A DNA stretch of 64,000 nt from Epiperipatus broadwayi (taxonomy: Eukaryota > Animalia > Onychophora), in assembly GCA_028023455.1 (NCBI GenBank), contig JAQFVV010000009.1, positions 15,810,001-15,874,000 on the forward strand. Reading direction: 5' to 3'. Below the pieces are notes generated by a model. That model was given only the letters and a program-made list of their open reading frames with translations. It searched no databases and had not been told where the DNA came from. Of the stretch, positions 26,201 through 39,559 are shown piece by piece; position 1 is the first letter of the stretch, and each line of letters begins with the position of its first letter. Both the position numbers and the translations under genes were made by a program.

Positions 26201-26839
26201 ATTTCAATAATCAATGACAAAGATATCTTATACAGTAGTCTTGTCAGTTTTAATGTATAGTTGTGAAAGTGAACTTTACATATAAATGAAAGAAAAAAAA
26301 AAGATTAATGTTATAGTGCTGGAGAAGTCTACTTAGAATTCACTGAACAGAAAAAAAGGGATCACTAAATTAATAATGAAATTAATTTTTTTTACTCACT
26401 AGAATTCAAAATAGAGGCAGAAATTGTATATTTTGAACATGTTTTGAAAGTTGATGATTCATTAGAAAAATATTGATGCATAACAAAACTGATGGTAAAA
26501 TAAAATAAAAATAATCCATTTATGAAATGGAAAGTTGGGATATTGGAGGTCACATGGATTGGAAAGCTATTATATAACAATAATAGACATGAATATGTTT
26601 TTAATATTGGGTATTTTAATAATATTCAGTTATCAGTTGATCAAAACATTATCAAAGAATATTATGTACCAGTGATATAGGCATATATATTTTTATCTAT
26701 TTAGGAGCAATATTCAAAATTAGAACTACTTTAAAGGCTATACCAAGTAATTCAAGAAAAAATAGTGTACCTTTTCTATACTTTGATTCATGTTGAATAA
26801 ATAATTTTCATTTATTATGAGGATGAGAGCAGGAGTCAT

Positions 26840-27130
26840 CAACACATTTGATTTACTGATTTAATAGTTTTTAGATATCAAGCATGAAGTAGGACTTGTA
26901 GAAAATAAGGTGAAAATAAAAGTGATGAAGATAAATGGACAGGGTTAAAGATAATGAAAGTTGGCTAAAAAGTTAATGAGCAGGGCTTTTTAAAGTACAT
27001 CTAAAATTGATTGAATGGAATGAAAATAGTTACAAAAAAATTAGAAATGATAATTGCAATGATATTTAAAATTTAGTATGAAGCAAAAATTTATATAATT
27101 AAAAAAATGAAGAAAGTTAGAGGCTTTAAA
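26840..27130 (+). mobile_element. Possible old RTE-like RT C-terminal remnant
   Basis: GLVENKVKIKVMKIN (cf. GL.+N..KTK+M) followed by FKYI-like and IRN-like motifs with frameshifts. Confidence 0.35.
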
Positions 27131-28499
27131 TGTACACCTATATTCCACCTAGTGCATCTCCATTATGTGAAGATTCACAATAGGAATCATCATCACTTTG
27201 TATCCATTGTTTTGACTTACAATTGATTTTTCACTATAATGAAAAAAAATTTTTTTGGTGGCTATTTTGCAACACTGATGACATTATAGTATAGTTATTA
27301 ATGCCATATCATCCAAAAGCAAAATAGTGATTTCCATACTGATATTGTACGATATAGAGTTTATTCATAATACACAATATGGTACACAATATTAGTGCTA
27401 TATACAATATTTTGATTATAAACTTAAAATATGATTAATGAATGTACAGTATAGTATTTAATTTTCATCCAGAATTTTTGCAAGCCAATCAGTACTGTAT
27501 AAATGACATATCCAAAGTAAAGATTTTTGTCATTAACAATTACAAAAACAAAACAAAAAAGTATTTTATTCAGTATAATAAATAATCAAAATTATATTTT
27601 AATGACTTACAACAACCAAATATATCAATACAGTATTAAATTTGAAAATTTGTACATTAGTTTAAAATCTGTACACTGTATTTACTTTTATAGATTACAA
27701 TTTTTATTGACAGTATTTTGCTTGCAATAAAAATTATGACCACTGTCTTATAATTTAGTTATTGTAATTGTTATTTTGAAAAAAAAAAAAAAAGATTTCT
27801 TAATAATGAACTTTGTATGATCAAAAATTACTAAATCTAAATTAAAAGAAGCATTTAATCTATTTGCTTGATTTTAAAATATCTCATTGTTTCAGAATTT
27901 CGAATATTATTACAATTGTACTTGCCAACATCTTTTCAGTTAAAAAAAATGTGAGCAAAATTGCATACATTATGTGTTTAACAATAAATTTGTATGATAA
28001 AAATGCATTACAAATAAACTGAAAAAGGTTCATATCTTTAATATTTATTTAAATACTTTGTATTTGTGACTTCACTTGTACTAATCTAAAAATTTTTGTC
28101 ATTTTCAAGAAAATAGCTAATGTACTTAATAAAAGATGATATCTCATGGCAAAAAAAAAAAATGCATCAGCTAGCTTATTTGTATATAAATTGCTGTTTA
28201 GATTTGTATAGTACATATTATATAAAAAAAGCCTTAAATATTGATTACAATATTTAAACACAGAATGAATCAAATACTTTTTTTTTTTTGATGTTAACTG
28301 CAATTAAATTTTGATAATGTACTGTATGCTACTTTTGCTATTCTTACAAACTAATGTTAAATAACAAGTCTTTACAATTAATTAAATAAGTTATTAAACA
28401 GTTTTTTTTAAAATTTTAAATAATTTCATGTAAGTAATATAAATAAAACTTTAGTATAGCATTTTTTCAGCACAATGAGAAACAATTGTGCAGAAGAAC

Positions 28500-29100
28500 A
28501 CACACAAAAAAAGTTAACTTTTAATTTACTTTCACTTTCTCGTCCATTTTGATGCACTTTAGGACTGTTAAAAGACATTTTTATTTCTAGAAATTGTATT
28601 TAAAAGTGTAAAGCTACATAGATTTTCAACTAAAATCATGGCAGCAACTAATATGATCATGAAAAAAATAAAAAAAATCTCTCAGTTTGGAAATCGAAAT
28701 GAATATCTTATGTCAAGTGGAAATAGAAGGAAATAATGAGACATCTATTTTATGAATTTATCCACGTTTACCATCACCAATATTTTTAAAAACAAAAAAC
28801 GAAATAGAACAAAGTGTTCAAACTATCTAGGTGCATCAAAACTTTCCAAAGTCACAAAATCACTGCATCCCATATGAAAAGAAAATCCAAGAAGTACCAT
28901 CAACCATTCATTTTAAACTCCCCCCCCCCAGAGATCCTCACCTCCAAAAAAATCCAAGATCAAGCAATTTAGAACATAATGATGGACCTTAGAATGAGCA
29001 ATTGATGATTCAGAAAGCTGAATAATTATGATTGATGAATGGATCACTGGAAAGAACAACTTTAAACCAAGTTTTTTTTTTTTTACATGGATTTAAGTTT
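28500..29100 (+). mobile_element. Possible piggyBac-like 5' remnant
   Basis: Acidic segment IDDSES*IIMIDEWITGKNNFKPSFF resembles the acidic..W....F.P..F start of piggyBac transposases. No TTAA-TIR junction could be fixed. Confidence 0.25.
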
Positions 29101-30025
29101 AACTATTTTAAATGCATATTTACATAATACACATCACACACTTTGTACAGGCATATAATGTACATTAAGAGTTCTTTTAAATTGCTATATATACTAAATT
29201 ATGTTTTTGAGTTAAAGATGTATTTTGAAGGAATTGAAAAGATAAGATTTAAAAAAATATGGAAATAATGAAAGGAATATACATGAAAAATTAATTTTTA
29301 TTCATATAATTAATGAAAATGATACTAAGAAATATTGATAAGACCATTAAAAAAAGAAAAAATAAGGAAGAGAATAATTGAGTAGTTAAAGGTGAGTAGA
29401 GAAGGAACTTGAAATAATGTTTTGATATTATATACGGGATCTGACTATTGGAAGATGATTTATGATGATTATATATGTATAAGGAAACTTCTGTTTTTGT
29501 ATTATTGTTAAAACTTTTTATTTTGGGTTTTACATAAGAACAAACTTAAATATTCATGTGAAATAAATTCAAATGATTTATTTTTGAATCTTATTATTGT
29601 TTAATTATTAAATTATATATTTTATTAAAGCTGTAAAAAAAATGACTTAAAATAATGCGATTTTTGTTTACTGTTGTCTATTTTAACCTCATATATAAAC
29701 TTGTTTTCAAATATTTTAGTTCAGTTTCTTTTTCATACCTTTAAAAATTACTTATAACACATATCATTGATTTATTTACATATTGTTTATTAAAATTTTA
29801 AACTTTATTACCATTATAAAAATATTATTTACTTTGAATGTGTTACACTTTTTTTCAAATCAAATGCAGGTATTAGTGTTTTTATAAAAAAAATATAAAT
29901 GAAGTATTAGTTCATTTTCCCTATGTGTTTATATATTTGCAACACTTAAATACATATTAAAATTTTAATTGATTTTTATTTATCTTTTTTTCTTTGCACT
30001 AACTATCAAGATATATTCCAACTGC

Positions 30026-30643
30026 ATATTAATAATTTTTATTAGTCACTCATTGGACTAGAGATCTATTTAATGAATAATATTTCTGTAATGCAGTTTT
30101 CAGTATACCACTCTCACAAAAGATAGGGACTGCTTTTTATTCACTTTCAACACCTTTTGGAGGGGTATAATCATAAATATATGATTAAAGATATGTGAAA
30201 AAGATGTGTTTCCCAAGACGCACATTTCATGCTTATCCAGCACTTATCAATTGATCCAGATTACAATAACTCATTTTTTTTGTCATTGTTCAGTATATGT
30301 AGATAGCCAATTACTACAATTTAATTGGTAAGTGTCAAACCTACTGCCTCACAATTTTGACACAAACCACTTAATGGAAGTATATTAATAAATTTTTGTT
30401 AGTTATTTATTAGACTAGATATTATCCACTTAATGAATAATATTTCTGCAATGTAGTTTTCACTTCACCACTTCCACACGGGGGGGGGGGGGTTGGTGCA
30501 TCTTGGTGACCATACATTTTTTTTATATATCTTTGGTTATATGTTTATGATTACACCCCACAAGCTGTTAAAAGTTGATAGAAACTAGTCCCTACCTTGT
30601 ATGAATGTGGTATAGTGAAAATTTATACTACAGAAATATATTC
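30026..30643. repeat. Direct plus inverted repeat cluster
   Basis: 30026-30112 recurs directly at 30382-30472. 30075-30223 recurs inverted at 30496-30643, after a G13 run at 30480-30492. Confidence 0.7.
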
Positions 30644-30769
30644 CAAGAACAGTTAATTTCCCCCCTACTTTAGAGCCATCTATTGTAAGATTGAGTAATC
30701 AATGGGAATGTGATAATATAGTATTATTACCCTATCTCTAAACTGATTTTTGGCTTTTGCTTTTGTTAG

Positions 30770-32665
30770 ATATATATAGAAAGTTAAATAATTATAGACC
30801 GATAGTGGTAACATTAGTTTTATATAAAGTTTTCTCATATATGGTGGCTAGAAGAGTTGTAAAATGGATGGAAGAGAATAGTGTAGTGGGGGAAATGCAA
30901 GGAGGTTTTAGATTAGATAGGCATATAGGAGATGGTTTATTTGTAGTTGCACAACTTATGGATATGAGTAGGAGTTCAAGTAAACAGTTATATAGGAGTT
31001 TTATAGATATAGAGAAGGCATATGATAGAGTAAATAAAAATAAATTATGGATAAGTTTAGCAAATTTGGGAATGGATGAAGCTTTAGTGGATATTATTAA
31101 GAAATTATATGAAAATAATTATTATATATATCAATTAGGGAATATAGAATCAGTTAAAGTTAAAAATTGGATGGGACTAAGGCAAGGGTGCTCTATGTCA
31201 CCTATTTTGTTTGTGTTGTATTTGAGTGAAATGGAAAGAGCAATAGAAAGATTAGGAAGAGGAATAGAGATACTGTTAATAGTTAGTAAGGGAGTATATA
31301 TTTTGTCAGGTCTTTTTTTTTTGCGGATGATATATTTTTATCTGCAGAAAGAAGAGGAGATATGGAAGTTATGCTGAGGACATGTGCAAGGGTGGGTAAA
31401 GAGATGGGGATTAAATTTAGTGAAGAAAAATCAAATATAATGATGGTTAATACTGGGGAAAGAGAAGATATAGAATTTTTATTGGGAGATATTAAGTTAA
31501 GTGTGGTGAATAGATATAGTTATTTGGGAATTATTTTAAGTAATCAGAAAAATTATTTGGATGAATGGGAGAAAAAATTGATAAATGAAGCAAAGAAAAG
31601 AAAGGGATTGATAAAGAAATTAACAGTGTTTTCATATAATAAATATGATGTAGCTAGAATTATATGGAAGGGAATTGCAGTAGCAGGGTTAACATATGGT
31701 AATGATGCATTATGTGTAGGTAAGGGGGTATTAAATTACTTAGAAAAAGTTCAAAGGGATGTAGGAAGACATGCATTGGATATGGATGTATGGACAGCAA
31801 GGGAGGCAATTCAAGGAGAAATGGGATGGTCAAGTTTTCATATGAGAGATGCAAGAAGTAAAATGAAAATGTTTTGGTAGATTGCAGTTTATGAATAATA
31901 AAAGAATAGCCAAAATAATATTTATTTGGGTTATGAGTAAAGGGCAGGTAACAAGATGGGTGAGAAAGGTAATGCGGCATGCAAAAGATTTGGATAAAGA
32001 ATTTATATCAGTATATTTGTACAAAAGATGGGATGATTGTGTTAGGAGGATTGTTGAGTGTTATAGTGGTAAAGAATGGGATAAAAGAATAGATTTATTA
32101 ATAAAGAATAGGGAGTTAGAGAGATGGAGAACTAGTATGGAGAGTAAAAAGAGTTTAAATATATATAGAAATAAACAGAATATTAGGTGCGAGTTAATAT
32201 ATGATAATAGTAAGGAAAGTAGTTTATTGTTTAAGGCTCGAATGGGATCTTTAGCAACAAGAGAATATACATGTAAATGGAAAAATATGGGTAATTTAGT
32301 CTGTAAATTATGTAAGGAAGGAATAGAAAATATTAGACATCTATTAATTGAATGTAAATGCTTGAAAACAGAAAGGGCACATATAATGAAGTTATGGAAG
32401 AATAAATATGAAAAAAGTGATTATACAGAAAGTGGATTATTGGTTTTTATGCTGGCTTTGGGAAAAGATAAGGGGGATTTAGATATAAAGGCCATAGAGT
32501 TGACAAAGATTATGTTGTGGAAATACGATGGAGCAGAATATGGGAAAACTTAGACTGGGGAATGGAAAATAAAGTGGCTAACAGGTTTCTCTGGGCATAA
32601 TTGCTGAGAGATTCTTGACTTCGTTTAAGGAGAAGCTACAGTACATCACATCATTCACATCACAT
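30770..32665 (+). mobile_element. 5'-truncated non-LTR retrotransposon copy 1 (RT + CCHC finger; RTE-X-like clade tentative)
   Basis: NNYRPI, FIDIEKAYDRV, GLRQGCSMSPILF, F(F)ADD across a T-run frameshift, YSYLGI, CKLCKEGIENIRHLLIEC. 3' tail gtacatcacatcattcacatcac at 32641-32663. Confidence 0.9.
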
Positions 32666-35600
32666 GGAAAATTTAATTTACTGTGATCAAAAGTTAATGA
32701 TGATGATGATTGGCACCAGCTAAACCCAGGGAGAGAAAGTATCTTTAAGATTGTTCAGACAATTGAGAAAGAAGATAGAGACAAATGTCAGCTAATATAA
32801 TTAAAGAAATTTTAAGATTTATTAAATTCAACCAAATATTTAAGTAAATGATTGTCAACACAATAAGAAAGTTTGACCTAGTTTCACAGTGTATTTACCT
32901 GAGAATATACATGAGTATTAGAACATAAACATCCTGGCAGATAGGTTCGTTGTTCTCACCTATAATTTAAAAGAGAGGGATTTATAATATCTTCCTGCTG
33001 GCGATTTATAAAAACCAATTCTAGTTTCCTAATTCAGAGATAGCAGAGCAATAGGGCTTCACAGAAAATCAACGAGCAATCCAGTCAAGCATTCCTTGAC
33101 CTGTAATAATGCATCAAGACCAAGAACATATACCTGCAGGATAGCTCGTGATATATCACTTTTAAGGCAATTCACAGGTGATTTCAAATACAAGACCAGA
33201 AAACATGAGAAATGATTGCGATCTTATGCAATCTTAGAAAGAAGAAACAAAATCTCCAATTTCAGAAAACCAGAACAATATATAGGGTAATAAAAGAGGA
33301 ACAGGTGAGCGCAAAGGTTAGTAATAAAAAAAAAAAGAGAAAAGAATACCAAGCATATCAAATATAAACTCGCAATTACATGAACTTTAAAATTAAGATT
33401 ACAGGACATACTATAAATACAATGATAAGAATGCATATAATAATTATGATATTAAATAAATATGAAAACTTTATACAACATATCTACTTTTAGATTAAGT
33501 GGAGAATTTAATTAAAGATTTATACCCTGGAAAGAATAAGAAACATTTTACCTTATGGTAAAGCAGAGTCCAATGAGTCCTTCAAGGAGTATGCACAATC
33601 ATTTCTGAGTTCAATATTCAGGTGGCTTTATCTATTCATATTGGCAAGTGTAGAGGCATACTTCGGGATCTGTTTTAATTTAGGCTTTCATGGCATGACT
33701 GGAAGGAACAGCTTGGGATCAGGAGTCAGTTTTTATGTAGATTTAGCAGGATGCATGTTGTAGATTTGAACACTCATGATTGGTAATTTTCTCATTTTGT
33801 TAAAATGAAGGCTATTAAGCAGCCATAGGCAATAATAAGAAATTCAATATGTCTTAACGACAGGCAGCAGAATATAATATTTACAGCGGTCCAAGGACGA
33901 GAACAGCAGTCTTTGCAAAATATCTGGCAGGACTGCAAATGGGAAAAGAATCTCCGCAGACTAATATAAATGCATAATAATAATGAACAACAGAATAACA
34001 AGAAGCTAAATCAATACTTTGTTCAAGAAGAATAATCTAGGCTAAGCCAATAATAATAAGTCCGAAATTTTGGGGCCATTTATAAGCTCTCTTATCGCCC
34101 ACATATTCTTTCTTGTTTTTAATTAAAAGTTTTAGCCCAGGGCAAATCTCTATCTCATGCTTAATCTTAATTAAAAATTCTGATCAGGATTTATCTTATT
34201 TAAAAATTAATTAATGCAAAATTAAATCTCCACTCATTAAAATAGATTACAATTAAAATAAAAGTACAAAAATGCAATTAACTTTTCTTGTAAAACTAAA
34301 AAATTTTTCAAAAAGATTAGAATTTTTAAATTAGAATGTTTTACAAAACAAATTTCAAGAAAAGAGATTTTAAAGTACAATTTAATAAAAAAAAAAATCA
34401 CAAAAGGGAAATAAATGAGTATGTGTGTTATATCACATACTCTTAATACATAAAATAATAAATTATAAAGCTTTGATGTAACTTTCTTAAAAAAAATACG
34501 AAAGCTATTTTAAACTACACAATGGAACTTTTGAAGTGGATAGAGTATCCAGTTTAATATATAAGTATTAGTCTGGGATTAAAATCTTAGAATGTTTTAA
34601 AACTTCAAGATAATAGTTTTAATATAAAGGAGTAAAACTTGGTTGCTGAATAGATATGTGTATAGTTCCATCTTTGAATTGTAGTACTCTCTGATGAAAG
34701 CAAAATCTAGAAATTGTCTGGGACAGATTTTTATGGCAATATACTATCTGGTATCCATTCTTTACTTAAACTTAATAGATAGTTCAAATAGAATGATGTT
34801 ATCTGTCCTTGGAAGCATATAAATAAGTATATGAAAAAGTCATGTGATATTTTCAATATTATATTATTTTTAAAAAAATCAAATAATACATTGTTATTTT
34901 CAATGCATTAACTCTTGTCTTTTAAATTTTGATCATCTAGCAGCTTTTTTCAGGATATAATTTTAATTATATTTTTTAGATTGACATTTTCTAGGCAATA
35001 GAAAGTAGGAGATAAAATTGTTTATTGAAAGTATTGAAAATTATAGAGTTGTACCACCAGCATTGTAATACCGTACCTAGATTTAAACCCAGTATTTTTT
35101 CCTCCACAAACTAGATATTGTGTGCAGCTTTGGAAACTAAACCTAATGTAAAGGGGATGGGTATTATTCAAAAGTCAGCAAATTTGTTAAATTTGTATAG
35201 TTAAAAGCTATTGAAAAATACTGCGTGGTTGCTTTCTCAAACTTCCGAATTGAATTTTACTATTTGAAATTAATACAATAAAATGCTTTTAAAATTTAGA
35301 TAGTAAAGATTGGTAACTGAAAAAAAATATATATATGAAATATAAAAAAAAATAGAATAACGTCTTAATGCTCACTCAACCTTGCCAAGTTTTATAAAAT
35401 TTCTCTTTTTTTTAAATTACACTTTTTATTTATTTTAAAGTCTTGCTCTATGTATTTGAAAATGTATAATTAAATATAATCAATTTATTGTAATTAGCTT
35501 AGGATTATAATTATTTTTTTGGAACAAAAATTGTTTTTATTTATAGATATAGGTTTTAAATTCCAATTAGAAGATAACCTTAATTAAAAAGAAAAAACAA

Positions 35601-36395
35601 AAAGAAGACAAATATGGATTTTTTAAAAAAAAAAAAAGATCTGGTTGAATCCAGAGTCGGATAGATATAAAAGCTTCATTTTTATTTTTTCTTTTTCAGC
35701 TGGCTTAGTGATAGGAACTATAATTTAGTTGCTCAACAAAATCTACATTGATCATTGCTAAAATTCAATTAGCTAGCTGCAAGTTAATTTTAAACCGCTA
35801 ATGAACATGGAGAGAAGAGTATTTTAATATTTCTAGTAAATAAACAATTATTTTATATCATAGAAGTACTGCATTTTTTCTATCAATGCAAGTAATATAT
35901 CCAGTATAACTATTCTATCTTCTGTGTATTTATTCGTAATATCTGCCAGCTATTGATTTGCATTAGATTTCCTACTGTTTCAATTCGTTCTGCTTCCATT
36001 TGATCTCCATTTGCAAGTATATTGATTTGCTGCTCCATTTTGCTTGATCTAGATCTAGTTATCATTTATTTATTTAATTATGGAGTTTTTTTATGAAGAA
36101 ATATTACTACTTCTTTTGTTTGAGAAAAGAAAATCTTTAAAACGTGTTATAAATTCATTAATCATAAAAATAAGTAAATGCTAGCTGCTCCAATTCATCA
36201 AAAGTAATCATCTATCTAATTTCCTCTCTCATAAACCCAGTTTATTATATTATGCTCTCTCTCTTATCCCATTGTATGCAGAGTACATCCTTCTATATAT
36301 GTATGATTTCTTTTATGCTTTATTCTCAATTATAAGGATTATGTCATTCTTCTTTTAGAAGCAATATTTCTGAATATTATTATTGTAACAGTCAG

Positions 36396-38330
36396 AATCG
36401 TCTATCTCGCTAACACACTGCAGACTTCAAACCCCACACATGAAACTGAAAATTCTAGGAGGGGTTGCCTTCTAGATATGCTAAGTTCGAATCTAAAGTC
36501 CAAATTTTACAGCGCCGCCTACGTGATAACGCATCTGACGCTACTACTAGTACAACCTTTTACTGGTGCCTGGTGGTCAGGGAGAAACAAAAGACTATAC
36601 TAAGATAAGTTTGGGTTGCTAATTAACGTCTATGGATGTACAAAAGAAATGTAGAAAATAGATATATAGACCGAGACAGTGATAGGAATCAATAAAATAA
36701 AAGATCAAAATTAGTTTTAAATGATTTCAAAAATTTATTTATATAGAAATATATATATAATGCTACTGTCTGCTTATATGAGACAGGGATGCTTATTAAA
36801 TAAATGTTAGCATTCCATTACATTACAAAAAGGTTTTAAAGCAAAATTATATATTCTATCCCTTGGGCCAATAGTATTATGATAATGTGCTTAAAGAGAT
36901 GGGAACATGTGCAAGGTGCTTTGAGTAATTATAAAAGTTTAATAAAATATTTGATATTACGGGTTATATAATATTTATTGATTTCGAGAATAGCACGGAC
37001 AAAAGCTTACTAAGCAATAAAGTGAGGATGTGATCAAGGCATTTATTTGATAATAATAATTAAAGCAGATGGGAGGTCAGTATTGCTAGTGATGTATTTA
37101 TTAAAGGATGGAGGGTGTGACACGTTTAAGTCACGGATGCTTTCTAAAAATAAATATATAAATAAAACAATAGTGAATATTTGGAATGACTATGGAGGGC
37201 AGCTCACCGCTAACCTGTAGGAAAGTGTTGTCATGAACAGCTGAAACTTAGTGACTGGGTGACGACTGCGTTTAATTCCCAGGTGTGACATTTGAGTACA
37301 CACTCTGCCTGGGAACTGCAGGAAGCGAAGAGAACGGACTTGGCCATGTAAAAATCCTTGGAAAAGCAAAACAAAGCGGTCACAACAAACAATTCATTTA
37401 CCAGCAATACTAGACTAGTATATATAAAACATACTAAATGGGTTTTACTTGGATTAAGAGAAATGCCCAATCAAATTCCCAGAAATTCATTTAAAAGGGT
37501 TTGCACATTCTCGATGTCAATGATGAACTTTGTAATTAAAGTAGAACACAGTATTTAAAAATAGGAAAATGCATGCTTGCAGGTTTGAAAAGGAAGCATA
37601 GGTTTATTTACGCAATCATGCATTTGGGGACACATTTAATCACTGACCTCGCACATACTCTCATATTAGGTTAAATCAATAAAATGTAGATTTTAAACTA
37701 TTTGATTATTATATATACTAAAGAAGATTAGAATCGCCCTTGAACGAGTGATTTGCAAGATAAAATTGGGAATTATTATAACTTTAAAATATGCCTTAAT
37801 AACGGCATCTTACTTTCAACAAAGGAAATAATTCACTCGGTCAAAGATGATTCTGACACATTATCATAATAAAATAAAAGAAAGCTTAATAAATAGAAAA
37901 TATTAACCCAAGGATAGAGAGCAAAACTGTTGATTATATTTGAACACGTTAAAGAAGTACATAATAAGTCAAGTGAAATAAAAGAAAAACAATTTAAAAT
38001 AGCTATAGCATGTTAGTTAGGAATCACAAGAGCTCTTGGTTTAATTTGGGGTTTCCTCTGGAGAAGCATTTGCAGGTAGATTGATGGTCGACAGGTTTTA
38101 TATAATTCGCAGCAAAATCTGGAATTGTTCATATTTTTTGGCAGCAGCAGCAGTTCCGGGGTTCCTTACATGATAGCTTACGATGGTCTAGAGCAGCAGC
38201 TGGCCATTCCTGCGGGAAATAGCCTTCACGCCAGTTCTACTCAGTCATGTCATGGTTAGCAATAGGTGTGGTAAACATGGTAAATTAATTTGGAGACGAA
38301 AACTTGACTTCAAATATAAGTTCACAGGCA
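36396..38330. promoter_or_regulatory. Cluster of CpG-retaining, TF-motif-rich non-coding patches (candidate enhancers or alternative promoter)
   Basis: About 8 CpGs in 36396-36545, 8 in 37110-37380 and 7 in 38085-38300, against a near-CpG-free background. Motifs include tacgtg, tgacgc, ggttgcc, caggtg, gcgggaaa, cattcc and gtaaaca. Function is inferred only. Confidence 0.3.
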
Positions 38331-39428
38331 TGTAGCTAAAATCTCAGGAAAATATATTTTGAAGAATATTTTACTAGAATATTTTCAATAGAAAATGACT
38401 AGAATCATTTTATTAGAAACACCAGAATGGAGAACAAAAGAAAACCCTTCCTTTTATAGTGGAATTGAACAATAGAACTGCCCTGGAACGTTACAAAAAT
38501 ATATCGGACTTATCAGCTGTAATTAAACTCATTCGAATGTATAAAGGAATTCAACAAAATTTTAATTAATTTCTATTGTTAATTTCCTTGTCGACATTCA
38601 AATTACAAACTAGATTTAATTAAAAATGACTTTTACTAATTAAAGAAAACCTTTAAGTGGACATCTGCTGTATTTTTAGATAAGCTTCTACAACATGAAA
38701 TAATTAAACTAGTGTTCCTTATTTATTTTAACAGAAATATTTGGAATGGCTTTTATTAAATTAGAAGAAAATTATTTTTTTTTTAAATCTCAATATTTGA
38801 ATCTATTTACTAAATGAGTATGAATTTTATTTTAAATCAAAAATATATTACGACTGTAATATATTTTTGTAAATAGATTCAAACAAAATAACTTTAATTA
38901 ACGATTTATAATTTTGATATGTTTTAAAATGCATATCACAGTGTGTGTGCAATTATGACCTATATAACCTACTTTTAAATAAATCAAAATTATGTGAACA
39001 TATACATAATCCATAATCTTATTTATTTGGGAATGAGTTATATATATAATATGAGCGTTGTACTCGTGGTTTAAAATTAGGCGGGATTTTTGGTATATAA
39101 GCATATTGCAGACACACTACGATAGATTGGGGTTCAAACTAAGATATGAGGGTAGGAAATAGTTGAGAAAAGGTGAAACAAAGATCTGCAAAGCAGACCT
39201 TACTGTTTTATTATATAGAATAATATCGTCATTGAGTAATTCACCATTTTCTATATATACATTTTATTTCAGCCTAACCTAGATGGTTCACAAATTTAAT
39301 AGAATAGTTTGACTCATATTAAAACAATGTAATCGTGCCTGAGTATGTTATCCAAATATAATTGAATCTGAAATACGTAGTTAATTGAATGATCAAATAT
39401 AACCCTCAACACCATTTTTCTGGCATTT

Positions 39429-39518
39429 GGCCTGTAAGTGATGTGTTGATGATAGTTTTATTTATTAATGAATGACACTCACTAATAAATAAAATCATCA
39501 TCACATTATCCATAGGCC
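39429..39518. repeat. Small hairpin/MITE-like inverted repeat
   Basis: ggcct...tgatgatagttttatttatta pairs with taataaataaaatcatcatca...aggcc. Confidence 0.55.
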
Positions 39519-39559
39519 AATTGTCAGAGAGATGGCATTGAGAACTATTTGGCCATTCA

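Noticed and set aside
30581-30590. GAAACTAGTC identical to the hammerhead stem III/cleavage segment
   Set aside because: There is no CUGANGA upstream, and the inverted partner copy has a different sequence at this position.
34691-34722. CTGATGA...GAAA-TT-GTC-TGGG hammerhead-like string
   Set aside because: Stem II has only 2 bp, stem I does not pair, stem III is not palindromic, and chance occurrence is plausible.
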